From a virus (taxonomy: Duplodnaviria; Caudoviricetes): DNA of 60,108 nucleotides. Shown here piece by piece: positions 38,937-47,941 of the stretch. A model generated the notes under the pieces. It searched no databases. It saw nothing but the letters and a program-made list of their open reading frames with translations, and was not told the DNA's origin. How positions within the stretch are numbered: the first letter of the stretch is position 1; every line of letters begins with the position of its first letter. Position numbers and translations under genes: made by a program. The stretch is from positions 1 to 60,108 of the IMG/VR virus record IMGVR_UViG_3300044957_000926; one strand, written 5' to 3'.

Positions 38937-39388
38937 CAGGAACGGCCTCCCCATTTAATCTGAGGAAATGCTTCTTCTACAACCGCTTTAGTGATTCGAT
39001 ACTTCTTTTGAAGTTGCTTATCCTTAATTAAAATTAGAAGTTCTGCTTCAGACGAATGAAGGCCCTCTAGCATCTGAATAAACATTTTCTCACGTTGAAA
39101 TTGTTTGAGATTTGCATCTCCACCCTTGATAAAATAATACAATTTGCGAGATTCCTTTTCAAGAACAGTATGTTCTGTACCTGCGGGTGCTTCATTCGGA
39201 GTATAAGGAACTTCCCCCTCAGGAACAAGAGAAACTACACTATCATCATAATTCCAAATAAGAAGTGACCGTAGTCCTTGAGTGTTATTATCGTGTAAAA
39301 TCTTAATCTTTTCTGCTTTAGTTTTTGCATTAGATACTTTCTGTAAAACCTCAGAAAGTAACAGACGATTGCTTGTATCCATTGACAT
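38936..39388 (-). CDS. Conserved T4-like cyanophage protein (DUF6433-like)
   Basis: LLSEVLQKVSNAKTKAEK, PEGEVPY, RE.MFIQMLEGLH..EA. Confidence 0.8.
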   Translation of the reverse strand: MSMDTSNRLLLSEVLQKVSNAKTKAEKIKILHDNNTQGLRSLLIWNYDDSVVSLVPEGEVPYTPNEAPAGTEHTVLEKESRKLYYFIKGGDANLKQFQREKMFIQMLEGLHSSEAELLILIKDKQLQKKYRITKAVVEEAFPQIKWGGRS

Positions 39389-39389
39389 T

Positions 39390-40268
39390 TTAAAATTCCT
39401 CAATTTTTTCAAGTAAGATAGTAAGTTGATTACTCACAAAATAATTGTACATTTTGTTTCGTGAAGCTGGGATTAGCGAATCATAGAACTCGATAATTTT
39501 TTCTTCGACCTCTACAGGTATATATGTAAAATCAATAAGAGTTAAATTTCTCTTATAGTATTCCATCTGTTCTTCATTGCAAAATTGATCTGGTGATAGA
39601 TGAACAATTTTATCCAAAGTTTTTTTAATTAAAGGGCGTTGTCGTTTACCTTCAATAAAAGTATTATCTGGAGAAAGATAATTGGGAATACCATCAGATT
39701 TATCTCCTTTAAGAACATGCTCGATGATATATTGTTTCGGATTCACACCAGAAACAAATTTTTTCATTACAGGATTATATTGCTTGAGCCAAGGATATTT
39801 CTGTAATTGAATAAAATCTTTGTCCCCCGAAAGAATAAGAACCTTTTCAACAGGCTGAATATCTTTTTGAAGGCGAATATTTTTATGAGCAACATGTTTG
39901 GTCAATACTGAAATAATATCATCTGCTTCAGAACCATCAACTTCCATAACTTTGTATGGCATATTCTCACGAATTTCATCTCGAATTTGATTTAGGATTT
40001 CAAAAATCTGACACCAATTAAAACTAGATTTTTCTCGGTCTTTTTTACGAGTTCCTTTATAATATGGAAAGAACTCTCTTCTCCAATAACGTTTTGAATC
40101 ATAACAAAGGACTAGTTCATCACCATATTCGTCACAAAACTTCTGGAAATACATCCGAAGCGAATTGAGCACCATATGTCGAACTAATCCTTTATCGATT
40201 CCATCAGAAAGTTTAATTTGAACCATCAGATTGGAAATCATCACCTGGTTCATGTCGATAAGGATCAT
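39390..40268 (-). CDS. rnh: T4-type RNase H (5'-3' exonuclease)
   Basis: ILID, WRR..FPYYK..R, EADDII, SGDKDF.QL, GDKSDGIPN. Confidence 0.95.
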   Translation of the reverse strand: MILIDMNQVMISNLMVQIKLSDGIDKGLVRHMVLNSLRMYFQKFCDEYGDELVLCYDSKRYWRREFFPYYKGTRKKDREKSSFNWCQIFEILNQIRDEIRENMPYKVMEVDGSEADDIISVLTKHVAHKNIRLQKDIQPVEKVLILSGDKDFIQLQKYPWLKQYNPVMKKFVSGVNPKQYIIEHVLKGDKSDGIPNYLSPDNTFIEGKRQRPLIKKTLDKIVHLSPDQFCNEEQMEYYKRNLTLIDFTYIPVEVEEKIIEFYDSLIPASRNKMYNYFVSNQLTILLEKIEEF

Positions 40269-40516
40269 GTTAGACTTATATCATCTTCATCCTCTATCAT
40301 ATCATCATCATCAAGCACTGTCAAGTAACACAGTTCATCTCTCAACAGTTCTCCGTTTTTATCATACATTTCTGGATGTAAAATATGTTTAGCATATCCA
40401 GCTTTATCATACCAAGCATCGAATAAATTATTAGCAAACCAACCTGCCATAAAGGCAACAATAAAAGTTCCTATTGTTAGAAAAAAGGAAATATAAATAA
40501 ACTCTAAATCTTTCAT
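40265..40516 (-). CDS. Hypothetical membrane protein
   Basis: N-terminal TM segment, HPEMYD.NG, acidic tail. Confidence 0.75.
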   Translation of the reverse strand: MKDLEFIYISFFLTIGTFIVAFMAGWFANNLFDAWYDKAGYAKHILHPEMYDKNGELLRDELCYLTVLDDDDMIEDEDDISLT

Positions 40517-40583
40517 GGGTCCTCCTAAGATACATACAGAAATTACAAAGGGCCCGCCCTCCTTTTTGAACTATTATTATTTA

Positions 40584-40829
40584 TTAAATCCAACCCATAG
40601 CTCTAAAATAATGAACGGATTCTGTGCAACCACCAAGTTTTAAATCATCATATACAACTTGTGGAAAAGTTGCTGCATCTCCAAATTCAGAATAAAATTG
40701 TTCTTTTGTAAAATGCTCTCCAAGAACATACTCAGTATAATTGGCACCCTTTTTAGATACAACTGCTTTAATTTTATCGCAATATGGACATCCGTTTTTA
40801 GTATAGATTACAAAATTCTTATTGTTCAT
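40584..40829 (-). CDS. nrdC: Glutaredoxin
   Basis: CPYC active site, TFPQV, LGGC. Confidence 0.93.
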   Translation of the reverse strand: MNNKNFVIYTKNGCPYCDKIKAVVSKKGANYTEYVLGEHFTKEQFYSEFGDAATFPQVVYDDLKLGGCTESVHYFRAMGWI

Positions 40830-40832
40830 TAT

Positions 40833-41009
40833 TTACTCCTGTCTAAAAGATTTAGTAAACTGTTCCATTTCCTTTTTAATTTGAATAAGTGCCTTTAATT
40901 TTTCTTGTTCATTATCCACATATTTATCATAATGATCTGTTAATACTTTAATTGCTTGTTCAAATGTTTCTTTGTGCAATTTTTCTAAATCGGAAAAATC
41001 AAATTTCAT
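40833..41009 (-). CDS. Small hypothetical protein
   Basis: 58 aa from ATG 41009; the longer track start overlaps tRNA-Pro. Confidence 0.55.
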   Translation of the reverse strand: MKFDFSDLEKLHKETFEQAIKVLTDHYDKYVDNEQEKLKALIQIKKEMEQFTKSFRQE

Positions 41010-41030
41010 TTTTTTATTTCTATTTAGAAA

Positions 41031-41104
41031 TCGGGATGACAAGATTCGAACTTGCGACATCTCGCTCCCAAGGCGAGTGCTCTACCAAACTGAGCTACAT
41101 CCCG
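41031..41104 (-). tRNA. trnP: tRNA-Pro(UGG)
   Basis: CGGGATG/CATCCCG acceptor, CTCGC-CTTGGGA-GCGAG, TTCGAAT loop. Confidence 0.96.
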
Positions 41105-41119
41105 AGCGAGTACCTCTAG

Positions 41120-41204
41120 CGGAAAGGGTGGGATTCGAACCCACGGATGCTTTCACATCGCTAGTTTTCAAGACTAGAGCCTTCAACCACTCGGCCACCT
41201 TTCC
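41120..41204 (-). tRNA. trnS: tRNA-Ser(UGA)
   Basis: GGAAAGG/CCTTTCC acceptor, CTAGT-CTTGAAA-ACTAG, long variable arm, G discriminator. Confidence 0.96.
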
Positions 41205-41232
41205 ATAAAAAGAGATTGTCTTCCAAATTATC

Positions 41233-41448
41233 TTAACATTCACTACTATAGTCGGTGTTGAAATTTTTGTCAATCCCCCTGTCAATATTTTTAATAGCAT
41301 ATAAAGAAGATTTAAAATACCGTTGTACTTTTTTTACTTCTTTCCACGTTTCATTTTTTCCAAGTTCTTTTTTATGGACATTTTGAAGTGCTTTCATTTC
41401 ATCCAATTGTTTTTGAATTTTTCTATTCAAATAATCATCTTTACTCAT
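41233..41448 (-). CDS. Small basic hypothetical protein
   Basis: 71 aa; ATGA overlap with the upstream gene. Confidence 0.55.
   Translation of the reverse strand: MSKDDYLNRKIQKQLDEMKALQNVHKKELGKNETWKEVKKVQRYFKSSLYAIKNIDRGIDKNFNTDYSSEC
41245..41273 (-). promoter_or_regulatory. sigma70-type promoter for the tRNA-Ser/Pro pair
   Basis: TTGACA-17 nt-TATAGT about 40 nt upstream of tRNA-Ser. Confidence 0.7.
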
Positions 41449-44129
41449 TCTTCTGCCTCATAAACTGTATCTACTGTTAAATATTGAACTCTAGCAAATC
41501 CAGCAGCCCCTGGTTGCGATTGAAATTTATCTCTTTGACTTGTCTGACCTACTATAATCGAAAAACTAAAGGTTTGTCCAGTAGTTGATAATTTAAATTT
41601 ATTATCTGTAGGATCTAAAAATCCTAGCACATGCCAAGATGAAGTATTATCAGTAATTATATCCCACCAAGGTTGTGTTCCTTGAGATCTAGAAGGAGGC
41701 ATTACTCCAGGTAATACATCACCATCAGCAAATCCAGTTCCTAATCCCCAACCAGGTTTTCCAACTAGTCTAATTTTAGTATCCCAATTATTTGCACTAG
41801 TTTTAATTGGAGTCCATTTAAATGCAAGTTCTAAAGATCTTGCTGCATAAAGTGAAGATCTAGTTGCAGCAGGGCAATTAATTGCATGTTGATAGGAACC
41901 AAGCATAATACGATCTCTCATATCTCCAATAGATGCAGGAACTGTGGTCGGACCACCATCTTTAGTTAATCCCCACATATAATGATATTGAAAAGTTTTA
42001 CCACTCATAAAATCAGTCCAGACTCCAGTCCCCATTCCAGGAATGGTTACCTCTTTGAATGCTCCAGCACTAGAAACTAAATCATAATCAATTCCGTTAT
42101 ATCTAATTTTAAAAAATTCTGGTCTTCCTCCACCCAATCCACCATAACCTTTACGAGTACTAGGATCTTCGGTAGGTGTTTGCCAACCAGAATGAAATCC
42201 TCCTGGAGCTTGATCAAAAAAATTAACTGTTACTCCAGGATGATCAATAATATAACTCCATCCAGCAGATCCACCTTGTCCAGTAGAATCTGCTGCGCCG
42301 CAGCTGCCACCCGTAAGACCTGTATTTGCCGCTACAAGACCAGCAAAACCAGAATTGCCACCGCCGCCACCGCCGCCTCCTCCGTCACCACTAGCTAAAG
42401 TTCCTAACATATTATCACCATTGGCACCAAAACCATATCTAGTTGTCCAAAATACAGAACCATCCGGTTTAGTTATTCTGATTGCCATTCCAGCTGGATT
42501 TTTTAACCAATCTTTTCCTTGTCTCGTTGCATTAAAAAGAATAAATCTAAGAACATATCTACCAGGAGAAGTAATATTATAAGTCGCCACATCTGGAGTA
42601 GGTTCAGTAAATATTCCTGTTGCACCAACTAATATCCAAGTTGGATATCCAGGATTAGAAATAGTAGGTGGGGGTGTCGTAAGTTGAATAATTGGATCTA
42701 CAATTACCATCGGAAAAGAACCATTATGCAAAATATCTTGCACGTAATAAGTTTCACCAGGATCTGTCCAAGGAGCAATATAAATTGAAAGCCTGTTATC
42801 ACCCATTAGCTCAAAAGTATAAGTACCTGCAGTATCAAAATTTAAATTAACTCTATTCTCTAGTTCAGTTTCTTCGTAATTATCTTCTCCACTATTAAAA
42901 AATACAACATATTGATTAAACCAGGGCCCCCATAAAGAATGTTTAATAGGTGGATCAAATACAGAATATTGCATTAAACCAGAAGCCCTAGATCTTATCA
43001 ATCCATCTTGTGTTGTTGATAGATTACCATTGTATGATTTGTTATTCCAGTTACCCCAAGGTTTCCCCGTAGTAGCTTGAAAATAATTACATCCATTGCC
43101 ACCACCACCGCCGCCGCCTGCAATACTTGCTATCAATCTTTCATTCAAATATATATCGGTAGCGCCACCACCACCGCCGCCACATCCAGAAACGCCAGTA
43201 GGTCCAGAATGCCCACCATATCCTCCACGATTATATCCTGGAAGGGTTGGAATTGGCTCATTAACCCAAGTTCTTCCAGCAGGACCCCCACCGCCAACGA
43301 CAATTTTAGCTCTATTCGGTATTGAAGGATTTAATTCAGCAGTAAGAAATGCAAAAGATCCAGATCCTCCAGAATTATTTCCACTACCACTAGGCCCGAG
43401 GGATGCATCGCCACCTCCAGATCCACCTCCTGCTCCAAAAATAACAAAATTTACTGAAGTTATTCCTTGGGGTATATCACAAAAATAAACTCCTGGTGCA
43501 GAATAATAATTTGTTGCACCGCAAACTAAGTTATTATAATAAATATATTTTCTTTTTCCTGATGGTAAAGTAATTCCCAAATCAGGTGCTGTCCATCCAG
43601 AAAAATCTCCTACAACTGGAATACAATCTTTAAAATATTTTATAATTTTAGTTGTACCATCATCTTGCTGTAATTCAAGCTCCGCAATTTCGCATTTTAA
43701 TCCTGGAAGTTCAATGTCATAATTAACATTTGTTTGTTGTTGACGGAGGGGATCACGTGATCGATCACCTTGCTGGAAGAACTTCGGTTTATCAATGTAT
43801 TTAAGTACTTCTGGTACTGTATCATCAGGACACAATTCAAACGAACTTGCACCACCACCACCACCATCACCACCATCACCAGCATTATCGCAAACAGGTC
43901 CATACCCAGCAGGACTTGCTCCAGATAATAAAGTTCCAACCCTGATCGTAGAACAAATTTTTATTCGATTTAATGGATTAATAGGAATATCAGTATCACC
44001 TCGATTTTCTATTCCTATATCAATCTTAGGTTCTAATCTAGTAACCTCATATTGTATCGGTGCATCTGCGATTTCGGTTGAAACATCACAGACAGGTCCA
44101 TATAATCCAGATGGATAATATAATGTCAT
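41445..44129 (-). CDS. Large glycine-rich virion / receptor-binding protein with PA14-like insert
   Basis: 894 aa; repeated YGPVCD, poly-Gly tracts, F...GTYTFEL.GDN and W..NPAG.AI; late promoter at 44155..44160. Confidence 0.7.
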   Translation of the reverse strand: MTLYYPSGLYGPVCDVSTEIADAPIQYEVTRLEPKIDIGIENRGDTDIPINPLNRIKICSTIRVGTLLSGASPAGYGPVCDNAGDGGDGGGGGASSFELCPDDTVPEVLKYIDKPKFFQQGDRSRDPLRQQQTNVNYDIELPGLKCEIAELELQQDDGTTKIIKYFKDCIPVVGDFSGWTAPDLGITLPSGKRKYIYYNNLVCGATNYYSAPGVYFCDIPQGITSVNFVIFGAGGGSGGGDASLGPSGSGNNSGGSGSFAFLTAELNPSIPNRAKIVVGGGGPAGRTWVNEPIPTLPGYNRGGYGGHSGPTGVSGCGGGGGGATDIYLNERLIASIAGGGGGGGNGCNYFQATTGKPWGNWNNKSYNGNLSTTQDGLIRSRASGLMQYSVFDPPIKHSLWGPWFNQYVVFFNSGEDNYEETELENRVNLNFDTAGTYTFELMGDNRLSIYIAPWTDPGETYYVQDILHNGSFPMVIVDPIIQLTTPPPTISNPGYPTWILVGATGIFTEPTPDVATYNITSPGRYVLRFILFNATRQGKDWLKNPAGMAIRITKPDGSVFWTTRYGFGANGDNMLGTLASGDGGGGGGGGGNSGFAGLVAANTGLTGGSCGAADSTGQGGSAGWSYIIDHPGVTVNFFDQAPGGFHSGWQTPTEDPSTRKGYGGLGGGRPEFFKIRYNGIDYDLVSSAGAFKEVTIPGMGTGVWTDFMSGKTFQYHYMWGLTKDGGPTTVPASIGDMRDRIMLGSYQHAINCPAATRSSLYAARSLELAFKWTPIKTSANNWDTKIRLVGKPGWGLGTGFADGDVLPGVMPPSRSQGTQPWWDIITDNTSSWHVLGFLDPTDNKFKLSTTGQTFSFSIIVGQTSQRDKFQSQPGAAGFARVQYLTVDTVYEAEE

Positions 44130-44179
44130 TGATAGATTAAGTTCCCTACAATACTATTTAACAATAAAACTCACCTCCC

Positions 44180-44209
44180 AAAAAGGGAGGGGGGTCAACC
44201 CCCCTCCCT
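44180..44209 (-). terminator. Rho-independent terminator
   Basis: Perfect 11-bp stem AGGGAGGGGGG-TTGA-CCCCCCTCCCT plus T-run. Confidence 0.88.
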
Positions 44210-44250
44210 GCCAGTAAAGTTACTTGTTCGTGATATTAGACACATGACGG

Positions 44251-45357
44251 TCACGTGACCGTCATAGTGGATACTTCATCTACCCGAGTACGAATAATTA
44301 CTGGAGAATTTTTAATAAAAGTAAGATACTCATTTGATGAGTAACCAATAGCATTTTTATTATTGGTTGGAATCTTTGCTCTTACAACTTTTTCACAAAA
44401 CTCATTATACAATGAGATCAAACGAGAAACATTAACCTCGGGATCTTTAACACTACCATTACCTTCAGTAAGTTTTGCTTGAGTTACATTTGAAAGAAAT
44501 GCATGAGATCGATTTTCACGCTCATGGTAAATATATTTCATAAAGAGATCAAATGAGTTGATATCATTGTTGATATCGATATATTTAATTGAATTGGAGA
44601 ATGCATTTAAGAAAAATACACCTGCATAAGTAGCATTTCCCCCAACTTCCTTTTCGCAGTTATTTTTTGTGAATGCTTCAAGATAAACTTCACAAAGATT
44701 TGCGGATAAAGATCTTGCCTTCGCAACATAAGAATGAGAAGAGACCGAAAATGTTGCTGCAGCATTAGTATCAGCAATACCAATACCAAATCGATCTAAA
44801 AAATTATATAAGGAAATTGCTTCTTTGTCTTGTGCATAATAAGCAGATTTAAACCGATCTTCTTGACTTTGACTGGTTCGGAAATTGCAATCAAAGTGAT
44901 GATCTTCAGATTCAATCTTTACAATTTCATCATAAGATTCAGTTTCGTGATAGGTAATTTCAACAGGAACATATATTTCTGGGTTTCTATAAGCAGCATA
45001 TGCCATTGTTGCTCTATGATTACCTTTTGTTAGAACTAGTTTCTGATTTGGGCGAATAAATGCAGAAAGAACTCCAGCTGCCTTGTAAGAAAATCCACTA
45101 AGTTTTGAAAGATTTTTAGTGCAATTTTTGTAATGAATTCTCTCAGATCGATTGTATTTTGGATCACTATAAAGTTCAGATACTTTCACGAGAGCAACAA
45201 AAGTATCTCCTGCTTTCGGTTTATACTTTCCAATTGCATCTTGAAATGGTAAAATGCCAAGTGGAAATCCATCCACAAATCCAAGTTTGGCATTTTCTTC
45301 TTTTTCAAGTTCTTCAACACGATTCTCGTATTGTTGAACAATGTTAATTAAAGTCAT
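44251..45357 (-). CDS. ParB/Srx-like N-terminal domain protein
   Basis: 368 aa; V..L..D..YNR and L..GNHR motifs of the ParB-like fold. Confidence 0.6.
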   Translation of the reverse strand: MTLINIVQQYENRVEELEKEENAKLGFVDGFPLGILPFQDAIGKYKPKAGDTFVALVKVSELYSDPKYNRSERIHYKNCTKNLSKLSGFSYKAAGVLSAFIRPNQKLVLTKGNHRATMAYAAYRNPEIYVPVEITYHETESYDEIVKIESEDHHFDCNFRTSQSQEDRFKSAYYAQDKEAISLYNFLDRFGIGIADTNAAATFSVSSHSYVAKARSLSANLCEVYLEAFTKNNCEKEVGGNATYAGVFFLNAFSNSIKYIDINNDINSFDLFMKYIYHERENRSHAFLSNVTQAKLTEGNGSVKDPEVNVSRLISLYNEFCEKVVRAKIPTNNKNAIGYSSNEYLTFIKNSPVIIRTRVDEVSTMTVT

Positions 45358-45425
45358 AGTTACTCCTGGTTGTCATTAGGGGTTGCTAATAATAGCTACG
45401 AGATTTGTGATTCCCGTATGCGTAC

Positions 45426-45463
45426 ATCATAGCACAAAAAAGGGGGGTGTCAACCCCCCCCTT
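45426..45463 (-). terminator. psbA terminator overlapping a sigma70 promoter
   Basis: G-run/TTGACA/C-run hairpin plus T6; TTGACA-16 nt-TATGAT with extended TG. Confidence 0.8.
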
Positions 45464-45490
45464 CATTCTCATTCAGTTTTGTAACAAAAC

Positions 45491-46570
45491 TTAACCAATA
45501 GCAGGTGCGGTCAGAGCAACATGGGTTGCTTCGGCAGCAGCCAAGTCCAAAGGAAAATTATGTGCATTTCTTTCGTGCATCACCTCTAAACCGAGTCCAG
45601 CACGATTAAGAATATCAGCCCAAGTAGGAATTACTCGGTTTTGACTATCAACGATAGACTGGTTGAAGTTGAATCCATTCAGATTAAACGCCATAGTAGA
45701 TACGCCAAGAGCAGTGAACCAAATACCCACCACTGGCCATGCAGCAAGGAAAAAGTGCAGAGAACGACTATTATTAAAACTTGCATATTGAAAAATCAAA
45801 CGACCGAAGTAACCATGAGCGGCTACGATATTGTAGGTCTCTTCTTCTTGTCCGAACTTATATCCATAATTTTGGGATTCGGTTTCGGTTGTCTCACGAA
45901 CGAGGGAAGAAGTAACCAAAGAGCCGTGCATCGCAGAGAACAGAGAACCACCAAATACACCAGCAACACCAAGCATGTGAAAGGGGTGCATAAGGATATT
46001 GTGCTCAGCCTGAAAAACAAGCATGTAGTTAAATGTTCCACTAATACCGAGTGGCATAGCATCAGAGAAAGAACCCTGACCGAAAGGATATATAAGGAAC
46101 ACTGCGGTTGCAGCAGCAACGGGTGCAGAATATGCTACACAAATCCAAGGACGCATACCTAATCGATAGCTAAGTTCCCATTCTCGTCCCATGTAAGCAA
46201 AGATGCCAATGAGGAAGTGGAAGATGACAAGTTGAAACGGTCCACCATTGTAGAGCCATTCGTCAAGTGAAGCAGCTTCCCAAATTGGATAGAAATGTAG
46301 TCCGATTGCGTTGGAGCTCGGCACAACTGCTCCTGATATGATGTTATTTCCATAGAGTAAAGATCCAGAAACAGGTTCGCGAATTCCATCAATGTCCACG
46401 GGAGGCGCACCGATGAAGGCAACGATGAAACATACAGCAGCAGCTAGCAGTGTAGGAATCATAAGAACTCCAAACCAACCAACATAAAGTCGGTTGTCTG
46501 TTGAAGTCACCCACTGACAAAATTGTTGCCAGTAGTTTGTTTTTTTGCGTAAAGCAATTGTAGCAGTCAT
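45491..46570 (-). CDS. psbA: Photosystem II D1 protein
   Basis: 359 aa; [38 protein letters not shown]; uninterrupted. Confidence 0.99.
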   Translation of the reverse strand: MTATIALRKKTNYWQQFCQWVTSTDNRLYVGWFGVLMIPTLLAAAVCFIVAFIGAPPVDIDGIREPVSGSLLYGNNIISGAVVPSSNAIGLHFYPIWEAASLDEWLYNGGPFQLVIFHFLIGIFAYMGREWELSYRLGMRPWICVAYSAPVAAATAVFLIYPFGQGSFSDAMPLGISGTFNYMLVFQAEHNILMHPFHMLGVAGVFGGSLFSAMHGSLVTSSLVRETTETESQNYGYKFGQEEETYNIVAAHGYFGRLIFQYASFNNSRSLHFFLAAWPVVGIWFTALGVSTMAFNLNGFNFNQSIVDSQNRVIPTWADILNRAGLGLEVMHERNAHNFPLDLAAAEATHVALTAPAIG

Positions 46571-46595
46571 TTTTTCTTTAAAGGGTAGTGAATTA

Positions 46596-46692
46596 GTTCA
46601 GGAGGTGCTGAACGATACAAATATTCCTATGCAACCCTCCTGCATAGGTATGAGAGATGCTTTACTTCTGATGATCTCGGTTGCAGAAGTGT
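46596..46692 (-). ncRNA. Structured psbA 5' leader, PhotoRC-II-like motif
   Basis: Hairpins ACTTCTG/CAGAAGT (loop GAGAT pairs with downstream ATCTC), CCTATGCA-GGAGGGT-TGCATAGG, GTTCAG/CTGAAC; family name from recall. Confidence 0.7.
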
Positions 46693-46734
46693 AAGAAATC
46701 GTAAAGTTTTATCTTGATTCCCTAACTTATTTAT

Positions 46735-46763
46735 TTATATAAAGAATCACTCAATTTTCGTCA
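46735..46763 (-). promoter_or_regulatory. psbA promoter (sigma70-like, overlapping late TATAAATA)
   Basis: TTGACG-17 nt-TATATA running into TATAAATA. Confidence 0.6.
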
Positions 46764-46768
46764 AGTCC

Positions 46769-47032
46769 TTAAGGTAAATCAAATAACCATTTATCAATGG
46801 GACATTTGGTTGCTTTTAAACTTGTTTTAGATTCTAAATAGCATCCACATTGTTTGCAACGACCTTCCGACCTGTCATAATATTGACAGGATTTACAAAT
46901 TGCCATTCGACGATCTTTTACTGCACTGTTACAAAAAATACCATTCCCTTGAACAGCATTTGATACAACATCACCTACCGTTTTAGATAGATTTTCTGCC
47001 ATTTGGCGAAATTTAGGGTACTCTTGTTCCAT
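46769..47032 (-). CDS. Small Cys-rich protein (DUF6171-like)
   Basis: R..IC..C, C..CGC, K......CP..KW pattern. Confidence 0.75.
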   Translation of the reverse strand: MEQEYPKFRQMAENLSKTVGDVVSNAVQGNGIFCNSAVKDRRMAICKSCQYYDRSEGRCKQCGCYLESKTSLKATKCPIDKWLFDLP

Positions 47033-47090
47033 AAAATTAGAAAATAAACGAAGGGGTTTCCCGGCCGGTGCTGTTAGAGTCCATCCGTGA

Positions 47091-47387
47091 CTAACTGAAG
47101 GTAATTATATCGTCACTCATCCCACCTTTAACGCCACTGTTAATATAATTATATGGCATTTCATCTAGTCCATAATCAAAACTAGAACTTAAATCAAAGT
47201 TGATTCCTGAACTAGTAGTTTCTTTGGTGATGTTATATCTAAAATTAGTTTGCCATCCTTTAATTGTATTAATTGATTCACTAATATTTTTTAAAAGATA
47301 AGGATCTTCTGTTTCAGCTCCGAGTTTAAGTGCTGTACGAAGAGCATCTTCAGCACGTTCTAATTGATACTTTACAAGATAATTCAT
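47091..47387 (-). CDS. Hypothetical protein
   Basis: Conserved-looking QL.RAEDALR.AL and GG...D.ITF; GGAG upstream of ATG 47387. Confidence 0.65.
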   Translation of the reverse strand: MNYLVKYQLERAEDALRTALKLGAETEDPYLLKNISESINTIKGWQTNFRYNITKETTSSGINFDLSSSFDYGLDEMPYNYINSGVKGGMSDDIITFS

Positions 47388-47628
47388 TGTCATCATCTCC
47401 ATGTACATAAGAGGGAACATTATCAGGATCTAACCAGCATGTATAATCATGATCATCCATGGCAGTTAGAAATTGCATCTCATTATCACAGAGATACATA
47501 TCTCGATATCGACCAGTGTAGGAATTTACTTTCTGAATTCGACAGTCAGGTTTTCCATTGATTTCTAATGTGCCAACTTGCACATAACGATAAGGAAAAC
47601 GTTCTAGGAAGATAGTGGGTTTTTTCAT
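47350..47628 (-). CDS. Conserved cyanophage hypothetical protein
   Basis: ERFPYRYV.VG.LEING.PDCRIQK...YTGRY.DMYLCDN.MQ..WLDP. Confidence 0.75.
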   Translation of the reverse strand: MKKPTIFLERFPYRYVQVGTLEINGKPDCRIQKVNSYTGRYRDMYLCDNEMQFLTAMDDHDYTCWLDPDNVPSYVHGDDDNELSCKVSIRTC

Positions 47629-47646
47629 AAAAATCAAATTGAGAGG

Positions 47647-47719
47647 CGACTCAGGTTGGATTCGAACCAACGACCGACTGCTTAGAAGGCAGTTGCTCTA
47701 TCCACTGAGCTACTAAGTC
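47647..47719 (-). tRNA. trnR: tRNA-Arg(UCU)
   Basis: GACTTAG/CTGAGTC acceptor, ACTGC-CTTCTAA-GCAGT, TTCGAAT loop. Confidence 0.96.
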
Positions 47720-47727
47720 ATTCTACA

Positions 47728-47883
47728 TCAAGCAACAGATTTTTGCAAGATCTTGATTTGTTTTGCAACCTTTTTCGCCTCAACGAGTTTACCTTCACTT
47801 GCAAGAGAGTGAAGTTTATCAATGAGTGTTTCTACTGTTTTATCTACGATGCGAGAATCATCATAGTTGTCGTAAGCAATCAT
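47728..47883 (-). CDS. Small hypothetical protein (51 aa, not in ORF track)
   Basis: MIAYDNYDDSRIVDKTVETLIDKLH...; strong RBS AGAGGAGG and own promoter. Confidence 0.75.
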   Translation of the reverse strand: MIAYDNYDDSRIVDKTVETLIDKLHSLASEGKLVEAKKVAKQIKILQKSVA

Positions 47884-47912
47884 CAGAACCTCCTCTTTGA
47901 CTTGACCTATTT

Positions 47913-47941
47913 AGGATAGCACGGGGATTGTCCGATGTCAA
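47913..47941 (-). promoter_or_regulatory. sigma70 early promoter overlapping late TAAATA
   Basis: TTGACA-17 nt-TATCCT with extended TG, continuing into TAAATA. Confidence 0.75.

Noticed and set aside
41120-41204. Suppressor or selenocysteine tRNA, or genetic-code reassignment
   Set aside because: Anticodon UGA reads the Ser codon UCA; genes translate intact in the standard code with all three stops used.
40972-41300. ORFs 40972..41208 (+) and 41082..41300 (-)
   Set aside because: They span tRNA-Pro and tRNA-Ser; the tRNAs explain the sequence.
45641-46162. 173-aa plus-strand ORF antisense to psbA
   Set aside because: Shadow ORF from codon bias; no RBS, promoter or recognisable motif.
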